This document shows, piece by piece, positions 36,114 through 50,100 of a stretch of 64,000 bases of DNA. The notes beneath the pieces were generated by a model that was not told the origin of the DNA, ran no database searches, and saw only the letters and a program-made list of their open reading frames with translations. Origin of the DNA: Callorhinchus milii (Eukaryota); NCBI RefSeq assembly GCF_018977255.1, contig NW_024704743.1, positions 58,344,001-58,408,000 on the forward strand. The letters run 5' to 3'. Numbering within the stretch: the first letter of the stretch is position 1; every line of letters begins with the position of its first letter. Both the position numbers and the translations under genes were made by a program.

Positions 36114-37464
36114 TAAGGCTGATGTGAATGAAAGCAAATGGCTGAAATTGTGGTTGTAGTGACATTGCAACAAATGAGAATACCAGAACTAGAGAAAGGG
36201 AATAAAGGCACATACCAGTGCAGCCCTATGGATCCCCAGACTGATCTCAGCATGGGCGCCAGTTGGGGAGATACATTGAGCTTTAGCACTGCTGGGGTAA
36301 GGAGAGGGGAAATCTACTACACTTTCTACTCTTGATGTCTTTTGTGTGTGTGTAGACATCTGAGGGCCTAAATTCCAGTAGCTGTTATACACAGTGATGT
36401 TGGTGATGTGTGATTACGATGGGAAGACCTATTAGTGAATGATATGTCAATGCTGTCACCCACTGGAATTTTAGCCCACTGATGAGGATGGGATTGGGTC
36501 AGTAGCAATGCTCGATGTAGTCGAATAGCCTGCCAATACTCTGTGCCTAGCCTCACGTATCAAGAGGTTAAACCTGTCAGGAATGCCCAGGGAAAAGCAT
36601 GCAATAACCAAGGAGCTGATGACAGTGAATTGCTGAGCTAAATTTAGAGGTAGTTTCAGAATAAGCTGAAAGTCTGTGAGTATCATGGTCAGCAGGTGTT
36701 GAGCCTGCAGACTGAGAATAAACAGGTTAGAAAGGAAACAAAGAGGAAAAAACATTACACATGGTTTCCACGTGGTATACAATAGACCCCACTGGAGACA
36801 GTTAGTGAAACATTAAATAAAGTAACAGCAGCAAAGACTGGATACAGTGAGCAGAAAACTGAGGTTGAGAGGTCAAGACTGGACTGGAGCGAAAAGACAG
36901 AGCTCAGCACTGAGGCACAATACAGATTAATTCTTGACAGAAAATAAGGGTAAACAAGCATCAGCCTGTCAATATATTCAATTACAAGAAATGACCTGAG
37001 TAACTATACTAAGATGTACACCTTAAAACATATCTACTGTGTAGTTTGCAACTCTGTGTCCATCTTAACAATTCTTTTAAATTGTAAAGTTATAAGGGAT
37101 GAGACAATTATTTGCCAGTAAAAATCAACTAGCTGGATTACGAGTCAGGGATTAGTAAGTGCCCAGGTCTCTGGCAGTAAATAAAACTCATTTTGGATTC
37201 AACGTGTGAAGCTGAGTGATTAGAAGAAATGAAGTTAAGAGACTATCGAAGCAGGTGACAGCAGTTGTAACAGCTACAGAGCTAATGTAAAGACTTTATG
37301 ACTGAACACAGGATTTTATAGACCCAGAGTGAGGCCAATATAAGGTAGGATTTTCAATTGAATTAACTTGATGGTTATTTTTTAGGTCAGAATAAACCAT
37401 GATATTGCAGAAGCAGTATATTGGCATGTTGCATTTTAAATATTCTAATTCTTATTCATTAAAA

Positions 37465-37850
37465 TAATAACACTGATTTTGTTTCATATAGCACCTTTCA
37501 CATCAGGAGGAAATCTCAATGTGCTTCACAGGATTTACTTTGAAGTGCAGTGACTGTGTATTTTAGGTGAACCTGGCAGACAACTTGCACACAACAATAA
37601 CCCACAAACAGCCATAGAGTGAGTAACCATTCCTATTTGGGGGATTGTTGGCTAAGACACTGGGTGAAACTCCCTTCTATTTTCTAATAGTGCCTTGGAA
37701 TCATTAACATCCATCTGAACAGGCAGACAGGACACCAGTCTAACATTTCATCTGGAGGATAGCAATGTAGCACTCCTCCAGCATAGCAATGGAGCTTTTT
37801 TTGACTGTGAGTTCAAAGTCCTGAGTTGCACCTTGAACCCGTAACCTTCA
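37465..37850 (-). mobile_element. Deu-domain SINE
   Basis: Same family. Confidence 0.72.
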
Positions 37851-39447
37851 CACTAGCAGCCAATTGATAAAGATAGACTGCCTGAGAGCACATTTTCATT
37901 GATGTGAGCAGAAGATCATTATCACACTTCAGGATTGTCACTATACTAAGGTACAATGTGCACTGTTCATGAACACTTATCTCTGTTAAATGACACACAG
38001 TATGAGTGCTAAAGGAACATTTATTCTTAAATCTACGCCGGTGTTATGGTTCACCCTCAGGAATCAGGGATCTGCTCACGCTCATCCCCATCATCTACCA
38101 GCGTGTAAACAGACATAGAGCCCCAACTTTATATAGTTGGCCTCTTGATGTAGGCAATTGAAGCACCAGTTTTAATTTTAAATAAGGACATTTAACATTT
38201 TGATTCCTTTGAACTCTACCAATACCTATTTTAGACTAAAGGGGGAATTCTGGCCTATAATTATGATTCTTCCTTCCAAGGATCAATTTTTAAGACGTGT
38301 TCAATGCAAAAGCCTCTTACATTTGCTCAGTTTGTGCGTGTGTGTGTCTGTGTGTAAAGCTGTATCTATGCTTTTAAATAAAGAATTGTTTATCATTCAG
38401 TAACTCGATGCCCTTTTAAAATGAATCTCCACACTGGTTCTGAGTGTATAAATTATGCTAGTTTACTCACATGGTACCATGTTGTGAACAAACCCAGCTT
38501 GTAACAGCGCTTAGCATTCATCCAGTACATTAGGGGTAATGGTCCACAACAGCATCATCACAACATGAGCCCAAATCTTGTGGAACGCTGTGTAGCAAAC
38601 TACAGACAACATGTAGCAATATCACTGTGAACTATTATCCATAATGTACCAGATGAACAGGGTGCAGTGGCATCTGCCAGAAGCAATGACTCAGGCTGTG
38701 TGTGCCCACAGCAGATCAACGCGTGGTTCAGAACACATGCCAGAGGAGTTTGATTATAATAAGTAAATTGGTGAAAAGCCATCATGAGGAAAATGGCACC
38801 AGACAGAGGTACAAAACGGAAATGTTTTTTAAAGAAAATTTCCGTGCTAGATTTGCTTCAGAGAAATATAACAGTTCTTGGTCATGAACACACTGGGGGA
38901 AAGCCAGCATTCCATAAGTAAAATTGTTCTTTTCAAATTCTTCCTCAAAATCTTCAATGCTATTGCCTTTCTTGTTCTTTGAGGCATTTGCTGCATAGAA
39001 TGCAATCCTTTTTGTTATAGTCATTCAGCATTTGCAAATGTCCCACAACATATATAACGAAATGCGATGCTAATGTGTTAATCTCTGCATTGACCTCTGG
39101 TGTTATTTGTTGCACTTCAGGCAGTAATGCAGTGTGCTTGATAACTGGAGTTTCAGATGCAGACTGACACTTTCTTCTGCACCAGTCATGAGCGAGTTAT
39201 TCCAATCTGTGCTACTGCAGCTGGAAAATTTACCTTCACACAAGTAGAATTCCATTTCAGGCTGTCACGATAAGGTACATTGCATATGTTTCTTTGTTAA
39301 ACACAGCATCAGTGGAATGCCTCTTCTTCCATAAGAGCCAGAACCACTCAAGCCAGACATTAAAAATGACTTTGTGTGTAATGTCTTAAGTACCGAATGG
39401 AGTTATGTAGGAATGGCATTTTGAATGTTAAATTGGTGAAATGTTAA

Positions 39448-39770
39448 TAATAATAATCCTTGCATTTGCTATAGGGTCTTATCACATCTTCGGGACGCCT
39501 CAAAGTGCTTCACAAAATATACTGTAAAGTGAACCTACTGTATATTTTTTGGGCAAAACAAAATACTGTGGAAACTGTGGAGCCCTGTAGCTTAGCAGTT
39601 AGAGCACTTGCCTCGCAAGTGAGAGGACTTGGGTTTGACATCCGGGCAGGGTGAAACTTTGGCCAAGCTTTTTTACTCCACATGTCTTTGCTTAACTGGC
39701 AGTAAATAGGAACCTGATTGTTAGTCGATTGGCGGATCACTTTTATGGGGTAATAATCCCTTAAAAAATA
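39448..39770. mobile_element. tRNA-SINE with inverted 5' part
   Basis: Tail on - (39448-39562) joined to head on + (39577-39770). Confidence 0.8.
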
Positions 39771-39984
39771 TATTATTGTATATTAGAATAAAAAAACAAA
39801 TAATAGGTTTTTAATCACGTTAGGATTAAACTTGCAAGATGCATAAAAGGATTTATAGATAGAGAATCCTGTTGATAACCACATGTGTCTTAAGCTCACC
39901 TGTGGGAACCCGATCTCAGTTTCGACATCCCTGAAGCTTGATTGTGGCCAAAGGAGGGTCCAATGCTCAGTAGAGATAATAAAA

Positions 39985-40302
39985 AATAATAATAATAATA
40001 ATCTTTGCATTTGATATAGTGCTTTTCACGTCTTCTAGACGTCTCAAAGTGCTTCACAGAATATACTGTAAAGTGAATTGACTGTATATTTGTGGATGAA
40101 ACGCAGCAGCCAATTGCACACAGAGGTGTCCTAAAAACAGTCGTGGATTGAAGTGATCAAATTATTATTGTTTTTTCTTCAGGGATTATTATCAGGCGTG
40201 TGGAGTAAGGAAACTTGCCCAAGGTTTCGCCCTGCCGGGAATCAAACCTAGGTCTCTCGTTTGAGAGGAGTGTGCTCTAACCATTGAGCTACAGGACTCC
40301 AC
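39985..40302 (-). mobile_element. tRNA-SINE (short variant), full length
   Basis: Head and tail intact. Confidence 0.88.
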
Positions 40303-40304
40303 AA

Positions 40305-40710
40305 ATAAATAATAATCCTTACATTTCGTGCATCACTTTTCATACTGGAAAGATGTTTCAACGGATATCCTATAAATGTTATGATTGTCTATTTTTTAGG
40401 CAAATACAGAAGCCAATTTCCACAAAACAATGATCAATTTTATTTCGATGATTAGCGACCAGGTCACCAGGAGAAGCTCTCTTCTCTTTTTGAATAGTGC
40501 CATAGTATGTTTAACATCCACCTGAGCAGTCAGACAGGACTTTGACTTAACATTTCCCTGAAGCACGGCACCTCCAACAATGCAGTGCACCCCAGCACGG
40601 CATTGGAGTGTCAAGTTAAATTGTGTGAGTTCAAGTCCTGATGTTGTGTTTGAATCCACAAGCTTCTTACTCAGAGGCAAAAATTCTATCAACTGAGCCA
40701 GGTTGACACG
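40305..40710 (-). mobile_element. Deu-domain SINE
   Basis: Same family as 35688-36113. Confidence 0.75.
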
Positions 40711-41499
40711 CTGATCAGCATCAATCTGTATCTGAATGGAGTTATAGAAGGTCAGCCTCTGACATATCCAAGCCCTGCTCGGTCCTCTATTTAATCCTTT
40801 TGCAAATCTTACAAATGCAATCAAATGGATATATTCAGATTTTACAGCAATTGTTCAGAGCACCATAGATTTTTTAAATCCAATGCAGAGTTTCATAATG
40901 CAGTTGTACCTTTAAGGATACTTATTAAAAGACAAATTATAACACTTCACACATAAAATATACCTTTCACAAGATATTGTGTATGATAAGAAGTGTTGTG
41001 TGCAAACTCCAGTGCATGTAATTCATTGCATTAAAAGTGTAGAATTTTAATTCAACAAAAAATAGCATAATGTGGGGAAAAAAACATTAAGCAGTTTAAT
41101 AACAAGAATGTCAGGTATAAAAGAAGCACACAGTACAAACTCACCAGCAGCTGAACTGTTAAGTTAAAATGGCAGTGGCTGCAGAAGAAATTACAGATGA
41201 ATGAACATGGGGAAAAGAAAACATTGCTCTTCATTACAGAAACAGTGACAGATGACAGTCAGAGGCAGAATTGAAGGTGTATGCATGGGATCACAAAATT
41301 CATAGAGTGTCTGCTTAGTCAGATCTCAGTTCCCTGGTTCCTATGGAAGAGCTCATTCTGGACCAAATCAGTTCAAAGAGTGGATTGTGGAGAGGAGATT
41401 GTATTCCTCATAATACGATGTCAATATACTGTGAAAAATAACACAGTCTTTTAAGTGAAAAATTAAGTGAACATTGTACATGTAATTTGTTTTCTTTAA

Positions 41500-42005
41500 A
41501 TTCAGTAAGTCATCCTGTATCGATTAGGATCAGTACCCGGATATTCCTTCCCAAAACCGTTCTCATTGCTGACATCTATGAAGTCATGTCATGGGTGAAG
41601 TTACGTGTTAATGGCTTTTATTTGATCAGCTAGATGTGTGACACAAGCAGAAACCCATCACCGTGCTTAAGAGTATAAAAGCCAGATTGAGAGTTCCACA
41701 TCTGCATGCCATATACACATGGAAATGTCCCTGAATCTGGAAACAAATATGCTCTCTCTCACCAGAGGATCACATTTTGATTACCTAATTCAAGAGAGTA
41801 TTAAATGCAGATTGGCAAGAGCCAAGGTTTGAAGATCACAGAGTGTGCATTGGAGCTGCTGTTTAATAAGCTAAAACCACAAGGCTTGCCATTGAAAGCA
41901 CTATCTGGCAAGATTTAGCATTGCTTGTCCAGCTAGGACCATCCTATCTGTTTAGGACTTTGGCTTGCAGGGTTGATAGGAGGCGAGTGGGAAGATTCCC
42001 CTGCT
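41500..42005 (-). repeat. Unclassified repeat, copy D (more diverged)
   Basis: gcttgtccagctaggaccatcc...ctttggcttgcagggtt and gaaacccatcacc.gcttaagagtat match copy A. Confidence 0.7.
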
Positions 42006-42189
42006 GTATTGCTTTTTCTGTGCCTTGAATTGGTAGACAGTATCTGATATATTGTTTTTGCTGTTTTTGCACCTGCAATGTGGTGTATTTGACATGTGTG
42101 CATTTCATTTGATATAAATTTGTTCTGTATTGCATCTTCTGCTTTAAAACTTAAAAAAATAAAAATAATTTGTGTATCCTCCTTCACTC

Positions 42190-42535
42190 AGTTTGATGAT
42201 TAAGTAGGGGTAAGTCGAAGAAAACTTCAAAGTAACCGGGAAAATACTCTTGACTACAGTGGAAAGTAACAGGGGCATAGCTTTGTTTAAACTTGTGACA
42301 GGTAACTGGGTTCCATATTCATGGTTAATTGATTATTTGCTGCCTAAAGCGATAATTGAAGCGGTTAGATGGATTCAAGAGGAAGCTAGACCTTCACATG
42401 AGGGAGAGGGGAATAGACACATATGGGAATGAATGAGGAGTGAGTGGAGATTCGTGTGGAGTATAAACAGCGGCACGGACTGGGTTGCCAAGTGACCTGT
42501 TTCCATGCTGAATATTCTTTGTAAATCTTTGTAAA
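42190..42535 (+). mobile_element. Old CR1-type 3' end
   Basis: aggggcatag...gacctgtttccatgctg...(tctttgtaaa)2. Confidence 0.55.
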
Positions 42536-42564
42536 TTATGACACTGCACTAGAAAAATTGAGAA

Positions 42565-42719
42565 TAATGGTAATAATAATCCTTGTAATTGATAGAGTGG
42601 TTTTCCCGTCTTCTAGATGTCTCAAAACGCTTCACAAAATATACTATAAAGTGAATTGACTGTATATTTGTGGGTGAAATGCGGCAGCCAATTGCCCTAA
42701 CCACTGAGCTACAGGACTC
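42565..42719 (-). mobile_element. tRNA-SINE, internally deleted
   Basis: gcagccaattgc joined directly to cctaaccactgagctacaggactc. Confidence 0.82.
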
Positions 42720-42964
42720 AGTGCCATGATACAGAACGCAATGGACTTGGATTTTTAAAGGATCATTTTCTATGAACATTTTTCAGTTACTCTGTAACTT
42801 AGCTGTTCTTTGACATCAACCAGCTTGAAACTGAGCTGTGTGTCATCTTGGGAGAGCCTTAATGCAAGCGTTAAAGAACTATAAAGCACTAGAAGTAGTT
42901 ATGTGTTTCTGCTTAGCTCATATGGATCAGGAAAATCTATAATCCTGCTGTGGAGAGTGCTTCT

Positions 42965-43180
42965 ATAATAATAATAAATAATAATAATCCTTGCATTTGA
43001 GATAGCGCCTTTCACGTCTTCTCGATGTCTCAAAGCGTTTCACAGAATAGACTGTAAAGTGAATTGACCGTATATTTGTGGACGAAACGCGGCAACCAAT
43101 TGCGCACAGCAGTGTCCCACAAACAGTCGTGGACTGAAAATGACCAATTTATTATTGTTTTGTTTTGGAGGTATTATTAT
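42965..43180 (-). mobile_element. tRNA-SINE 3' part
   Basis: Family match. Confidence 0.85.
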
Positions 43181-44044
43181 ATATATATATATATCAGATT
43201 GTGGCCTGAGAAATAATATTATATGTAAATTCTACAGTGAAACAAATGTTCTAACAACAAAATCAACAAATTTACATTGATATAGCACTTCCACATTGGA
43301 TGGATGTCTCAAGGCTCTTAACTATACTGGCCAGATATATGGGTGGGGGTGATAGTCAAGGGGGTGGCAAAGGGAAAGATGACCAAAAGTCTGGTCAAAG
43401 AGGCAGGTCTTGAGATGGACCTTGAATAAACTTGAGTGAGGGAAGGGGTGAGTTGCAGTTTCAGAGAGTGGGAGCATATTGGGGGCAAACATTGGCTTGA
43501 CCCCCAACTTTCAGATTCAGAGCTGAGAGTGCTACCAATTGAGCCAAGCTGCCACAGATATCAAATCAGCTGAGGTGTACAAATAGCTTTCCTGCAAGAC
43601 TTTGATTAACCAATATCCAATGTAAATGTAACATATGCCTGGAAGGCCAATACAAGTTCAATCCATTTTTTCTAATTTAAGGACCTATCTGAAAATGTCC
43701 GTAAAATTTCTCCCTGAGGTTTAACCAAGTAATTATTATAGTTAAACCTACTGAGATTTTATCAGAGCATCTTATTTATTTAGAAAGATGGAAAATATAG
43801 CCTGAGTAAGATGAGCCTTCTTCAAACGGATTATTTCATGAATTTAGACTAAATATTAAACTAAAAGGTAGAGTGCTGAAATGTCAAATAGCCTTCTGGG
43901 TGTAGTGCCATGATTTCCTTGACTTCTAGGTTTCATTTCTATAATTCTTATAGAAGTCTCCAAATTTTGTGTCCTTGACATCTTCTGTAATGATTTAAAC
44001 CTTGCCTACAGAAAGTATTACTGTAGGAGGTGCCAAATGTAATT

Positions 44045-44420
44045 TCTACACACAAAGATGTGCACACACACACTGGCAGAGATTCAAGCACACATACTCA
44101 GAGACTCTCTCACACATACACACTCACACACTACTCTCTGTCACATCTAAACATACATTCAGAACTTAGAACTCTAATCACAGGTGCACACACACACGAC
44201 TGGAGTCTTGCAGTCACAAGACACACACACACACACACACAGAGCTTTACAGACTCAAGGTCCATATACTCAGAGACTTACAGTCATGAGATACATACAC
44301 ACTCAGACTTATACACACACACAAATTCAAAGGCACCCACATAGACACATAGTCATTCAGAGTCACCCATACAGATTTTCACATTGATACACAGACAAGC
44401 AGACAGACACAGATACATTG
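44045..44420. repeat. CA-rich degenerate low-complexity tract
   Basis: Direct reading. Confidence 0.85.
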
Positions 44421-46409
44421 CAATTACATTTATTTTGTGCATGTCATTCTGGGCATCAAACCAACACAAGAAATCTTTAAAAAATGGATAGTTTCAATGC
44501 CAAATTTAAATAAGCCAGAAAATGGTATACATTCCAAATATTTTATTTAAAAAATTCTCCAATAATCAATTCAATGATATTATATCCATTTTCAATTATT
44601 TGAAATGTTAAAAATAAGGATACAGTATAATACAATTCATATTTATATAGTGCCTTTCATTTGGGGAAGCGCATTGAAACTGCTTTAACAGCTGGTTGGG
44701 CACCTGAGCCAGAGAAGAGGGATTGCTGGGAGGGGGAAGAGAAAGACTGAAAGCACCATCAAAGAGGTAAAGATTCTTTTGCAGATGCATTTTGTTTGCA
44801 AAGTGTGTTCATTAAAACTAGATACTTCTTACTTAAACATACTGTGCTGTTGCGGATTTTTATTTGAATTTTCATGTTTTAATAACAATTCTTTTCAAAC
44901 AAAAATCACACCTTCTAGCTCATTACCCAAGGCACTGAGTGGAGGCAATAAACTCTAGGATGGCTAGGAAAATGCAAAAGCAACTCAAACTATGTTGTTC
45001 CAAAATGAATTGCAATTTTGCTTCTACTTAGACTTTAATCAGAAACAGTAAATTGTTCTCCTGAAGCAAATGAGAAGAAGCAGTGTTTTATGCAGCTTAT
45101 TCTCAGCAAAAAAATGTAATCAGTTTGATCTGATGAATCCAAAGTATTGGATTACTGTTCATGGAGAGAGATGCGAACGTTTGATGAACAAACACACCAC
45201 CAGGAAAAGCCTTATGGTTTATTGCCGAAAAGGCATTGGAAAGAACAAATTATGAAAAACATGATCCTTTTGTTATAGCTGGAATGCCATAGCACCTCAG
45301 TGCTGAACAGTCAAGTAAAGGATTGATCTGGTGAGAGATAGCTTGCAGTACAACATGGTGCATGCACAAAGGAGATTTTATTTATGAAGCACTTGTTACA
45401 ATTTACAAAGATCAGGGGACCTGTAATCTTCAACCCAATTATAGAGCAATATGGCATCAGAGTGATTTACATTAAGCTAATGGAAACGAAGAAGTCTAGA
45501 CTTGGATCGCAGGCTTAAAATGAAATTCAGAACCGTCCCATGAGCTTGATATTTATAATTGTCTTGGGAACTCCCAGTGTCTGCATACTTAGTCTGCATG
45601 AGTACCCATAAAGGTTATTAGTGTAGAAGTTAAGATGCTTGTTACATTACTGTGTGATTGAAGATTCAAGCCCAGTAGGGAAAGGCGAGATGTTAAGATA
45701 CTTATTGCACTATTCTCTATTTGTGCGTGGGTGGAGATTGTAGAAATGGGGAATAGGAAGAAGATAATCTGCATTCAGATAGTACTCCATTCGTAACTCA
45801 GTAACTCCCCTGGCAGCAAACCCAGAGAACAGGGCCAGGTTAGATCAAGGTTAAATAATAGATGGAGAAAGAAATAAAGCTACAAATACCAGAAATGTAT
45901 TTATTTAGACACAATGAGTCGACCCCACTAGGAATCATCTAACTCACAACATATATAAGACTTTCTTTGACCCTTGCCCCGCATTGATCCAACACAGGCC
46001 CACTTACTCCAGATGAGACACAAATCAACAGTTAGCCGTATGGAACAGGGCAAGTGATCCAAATTGTTTTTCTTTCCCAGATGCTTCTCTTTTGCCTGCG
46101 TGCTTTGGTTGTGCTAGCACTGACAGGCAGTCCTTGACTTGCTTTCCACCTTAGAAACACTCTACCAGCTGTCGTTCAAACCCCACATCTGTGCTCACTC
46201 GCTCAGCTTTCCCTCATCTCTGCAATATTGTACGTGTCCTCCACTACCTCTCCCCCTGGATTGCCGACATGTCCAGGCTAAATTATGTATGGTCTCGCCC
46301 CACCTTACCTCTGCAACCTTCTTCACCCATACCAACACAGCTGTTCCCTACATTTTATGAAAACTCAGCCAAGTGTATAGATGTTAATAAAAAATTAATA
46401 TCTTATGAA

Positions 46410-46727
46410 GAGCGAGAGGCCTCGGGTTCGATTCCTCGGTGGGGCAAAACCTTAGGCATGTTTCCTTATTGCACACACCTCTGTTTACCTAGCAGTAAAT
46501 AGGAATGTGGTTGTTAGTCGAATAACGCATCGCTATCTGGGGATAAATAATCCCTCAAAAAAAATTCAATCCACGATTGTTTGTAGGACCTTGCTGTGCG
46601 CAATTGGCTGCCGTGTTTCACTCACAAATAGAGTCAATCCACTTTACAATATATTGTATGAAGTGCATTGAGACGTCTCAACGACATGATGAGGAGTTAT
46701 ATCAAATGTAAGGTTTATTATTATTAA
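46410..46727 (+). mobile_element. tRNA-SINE (long variant), 5' end missing
   Basis: Box B ggttcgattcc; family match. Confidence 0.82.
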
Positions 46728-46981
46728 ATTCTTATATTACATCTTAAAGCTTTTTCCCCATTCGCTTGAGATATATGATATATAAATATATATATATATC
46801 TGAAGCCAGAAATTTATTTTGTATTGTTAATTTGGGGGGATTTCACTCACACAGCAAATGTGAGATATATTACTGTACTTCCCCAAGTGTGTACTAGTTA
46901 CTTTGTACATAGGTTAATGCTTTGTCAGGAAATCGACTTAAGTTCTGTTATGGTAGCACCTAAAATACGAAGTGCCATTAT

Positions 46982-47188
46982 ATAATAATCCCTAAAGAAA
47001 AAAACAATAAGAAATTGGTCACTTCAATCCACGATTGTTTCTGGGACACTGCTGTGCGCAATTTGGCTGCCACATTTCGCCCACAAATATACAGTCAATT
47101 CACTTTATAGTATATTCTGTGAAACGCTTTGAGATGTCTAGAAGACATGAAAAGCGCTATATCAAATGCAAGAATTATTATTATTATA
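46982..47188 (+). mobile_element. tRNA-SINE 3' part
   Basis: Family match. Confidence 0.85.
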
Positions 47189-50100
47189 TATGCACAAACA
47201 GGATCCAAAACAACCACAAACACTCAAAACATAAAATTAATAGTACTATTAAGATTCAGTGTGACCCTCTCTCACACACAGATGATCCAATATTATGTAT
47301 TCTTAATCAGCAGCAGTTTTGCAAAGCTGGCACTTCCTTGCCCTTACAAAGAGTTGAAGGGTTATCTTGGAGGAGCTTCAAATTTTCCGCCGGAGACATA
47401 AAGATACAGTATCTCCAAACAGTTTAAAATTCCATGAAGTGTGAAGCCAGTTTGTGAAAACCAAGAGAGGATGAACAAGAGGTCATTCAAGTCAGTTGGT
47501 ATTCTTGATGAGCTTTACTTTGCAGGCTGATATCAGGAATCTTGGAAATGCTTGTGTTTGTGTACCTCTACCGAGAATGCTGCGAAGAACATGAAAAAAT
47601 CTCCTTGTGCCTTACTTGCTAGTTGTTCTCCTCTTTCTCTGTCCAATGCTTATCTAATGCTTACAAAGTGTCAGGGGAGACAAAGTAGTTCTTGGGATTA
47701 CCAAAATTGAAGTGGGTCCTTCAGGAAAGTACTTGCTCTCAGAATCCTCCTATTCTTCATCCAGCAGATGTTTGGGGGCACATTCAGTTTGATTCCACAA
47801 TCCCAGCATATACACAAGTACCGTCAGATGACTGGGGTCAAAATCTAACAATTAGCAGCTTGGTTTAACAACCCATCAGAAGGGCAGTACCTGTGACAAC
47901 ACAGCACTCCGCCAGCACTGGAGCATCAGCCTAGTCTATGAGTTCAAAGTCCCTACTTCGGACTTGAACCTACAACATTCTGTCGTAGACTGAACTAGGC
48001 TGACACCTTGTACTCGGTAAATTCATGTTTCAAAGAAAAATGTATCAAACCTTCAATTTTCCTGTTCACCAATCTCTGGTTTCTCTCTCAATGCTATGGA
48101 GGCGGTGAATACCAGTATCTCCAAACTCCTGGATTTATAGATAAAAAGATGTATATGAATGCATGCTGATGAACCTTTAGTGTAAATTAAGAATACATAA
48201 AAGGCTAAAGCATGGAAGAAGAGAGGCCATTTTGTTTTAAGAAACAGGTACTTTTTCCTTTCTGTTTATCCTATCTGTCATTAATGGTTCCTTCAAAAGT
48301 GCCCTCTAGTAATTTTACACTGGGATATGAGACGATTCAATTGTTGGTGTCAAAACAATCAGAAACAGAATTGACATAATATTAATCCTTAAATGTGACC
48401 TTTCACATCTGGAAGATGTGTTGTTGCACTTTACAGTGTATCATGTGAAGCGTTTTGAGTACAACACCTGTGTATTTTGTCAGTGAAACAAAAGAAAATA
48501 ACACTATTATTATGAGAAACAATGAAGACTTACTCCAATAATGTGGGAATGTTGATGCCACACAAAACAGGCTATGCCATTTGGCATACATTTAATGAAA
48601 TCTGTCCTACATTTTTCATCATAATACTATTACTTCTGAATGATTAGACCCCCTAATCCATTTCATTGGATGAGATATAAATGTTCTATTTTATTAAAAT
48701 AGATCAAGTGTATCAAAGTGACCGTGGTTCCACATGTACCAACGGCCTTTTGGCATCTTTCCTGTATGGTCATTCTTTGTGCGTGACCCTTAACATTGAA
48801 GCCAATTGTGTCACCTTCGCTGAGATCAGACAACTCCACATATAAAGCGTTTAACCTGGGATCACTCAGTCTGTTTGGCTCAGTACCATACTCATGGTTC
48901 ATTTACCCACTAAGCCTTGGGCAGGGGAGTGATATGCTGTGGAAATGTGAACAGTAATCTGCACTCCCACATTCTTCTTCACATGTGCCTCAGGCTACAA
49001 CACCTACATCTCAACATAGAACTTTTGAATTTGAATTTGACTCTAACTGGAAGAGCTAAATCATATGTGTCAGGTAAGTGCTTTAGCACTTGTAATATGC
49101 AAGCAAGTTCCTCATTTTTCTTTTGAAGGCAGTTGATGTGATATGTTATTCTGATTGTTACTGGATACAAATAGTCCAGTTTCATCTCAAAATAAATGAA
49201 AACCATTCTGAGGTTCTGATGTGAATCTTGTAACCCATTTAGTATAAATTGGTAACACTTATTGTTAAGGGATTACTTTGATAACTTGGGAAACATACAA
49301 CATCAAGATCATGTAGTCTTCAAACCTATTCCTTCTGTCGACGATTCAAAGATTCAAAAGAAATGGTATCATTGGAAGTTTAGGAAAAACATGAAGGTAA
49401 TAGTAATAGTGTGTGAAAATCTGGTCTGACTTGGAAAAAGTAAAGAGTGGAAGAAATTATCACACACAAATAATTTTCTTCTCCAGTTTAACAGATGGAG
49501 AACCCTTTGGGATTTGGCGGTGTGTTGTTCCATAACTTGCGAATGATCATTGTTAGAGCTGAGTCAATTGGGGGCATTTAAAAGGGAATGAGGGAAGCAC
49601 ATGCAAAGAAAGGATAGTAGATAGTAAGGGAAAAGAGTAGAGAATTGGAATTGGGCCAGATGGCTTCATTACAGAAGCAAATGCCACACTAATACCATTG
49701 GTCAAAAGGCCTCCGACTGAGTTTTAAGGTACTAAAGTTAAGAGGTTAGAGGTGTTAATATTTCATGATGGAGGTATACGTTTGTCCTCTTCTTATTGGA
49801 TAATGGGATAAGATTTGCTAACTTTTATGCTTCAGGTTCAATTTCAGTGTATTATGGAGCTACTAAAAATGTTAATCAGAAATTCACATACTTCTTCCCA
49901 GAATTCCTTGAAGATTCCTGGTTTGACATATTTTTGCAACAGAGATTTAGTTGTTGGCATGTATGATAGGATTGTTTCAATTTTAACTCTTTCACCTTAT
50001 CATCAGCTGAGCCTCGCAACAATCAGCAACAGCTTGGTATTTTACACCCACCTGACTAAGGTATTGAATACTGTGTCCACGAAGGAAATGTTACTCAGTT

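Noticed and set aside
36478..36530. Hammerhead at CTGATGAG
   Set aside because: No stem II closed by GAAA.
39263..39280. Micro-exon (ttcag|gctgtcacgataag|gtacat)
   Set aside because: Weak polypyrimidine tract and donor; expected by chance.
44030..44387. His/Thr-rich ORFs
   Set aside because: Translation of CA-rich low-complexity DNA.
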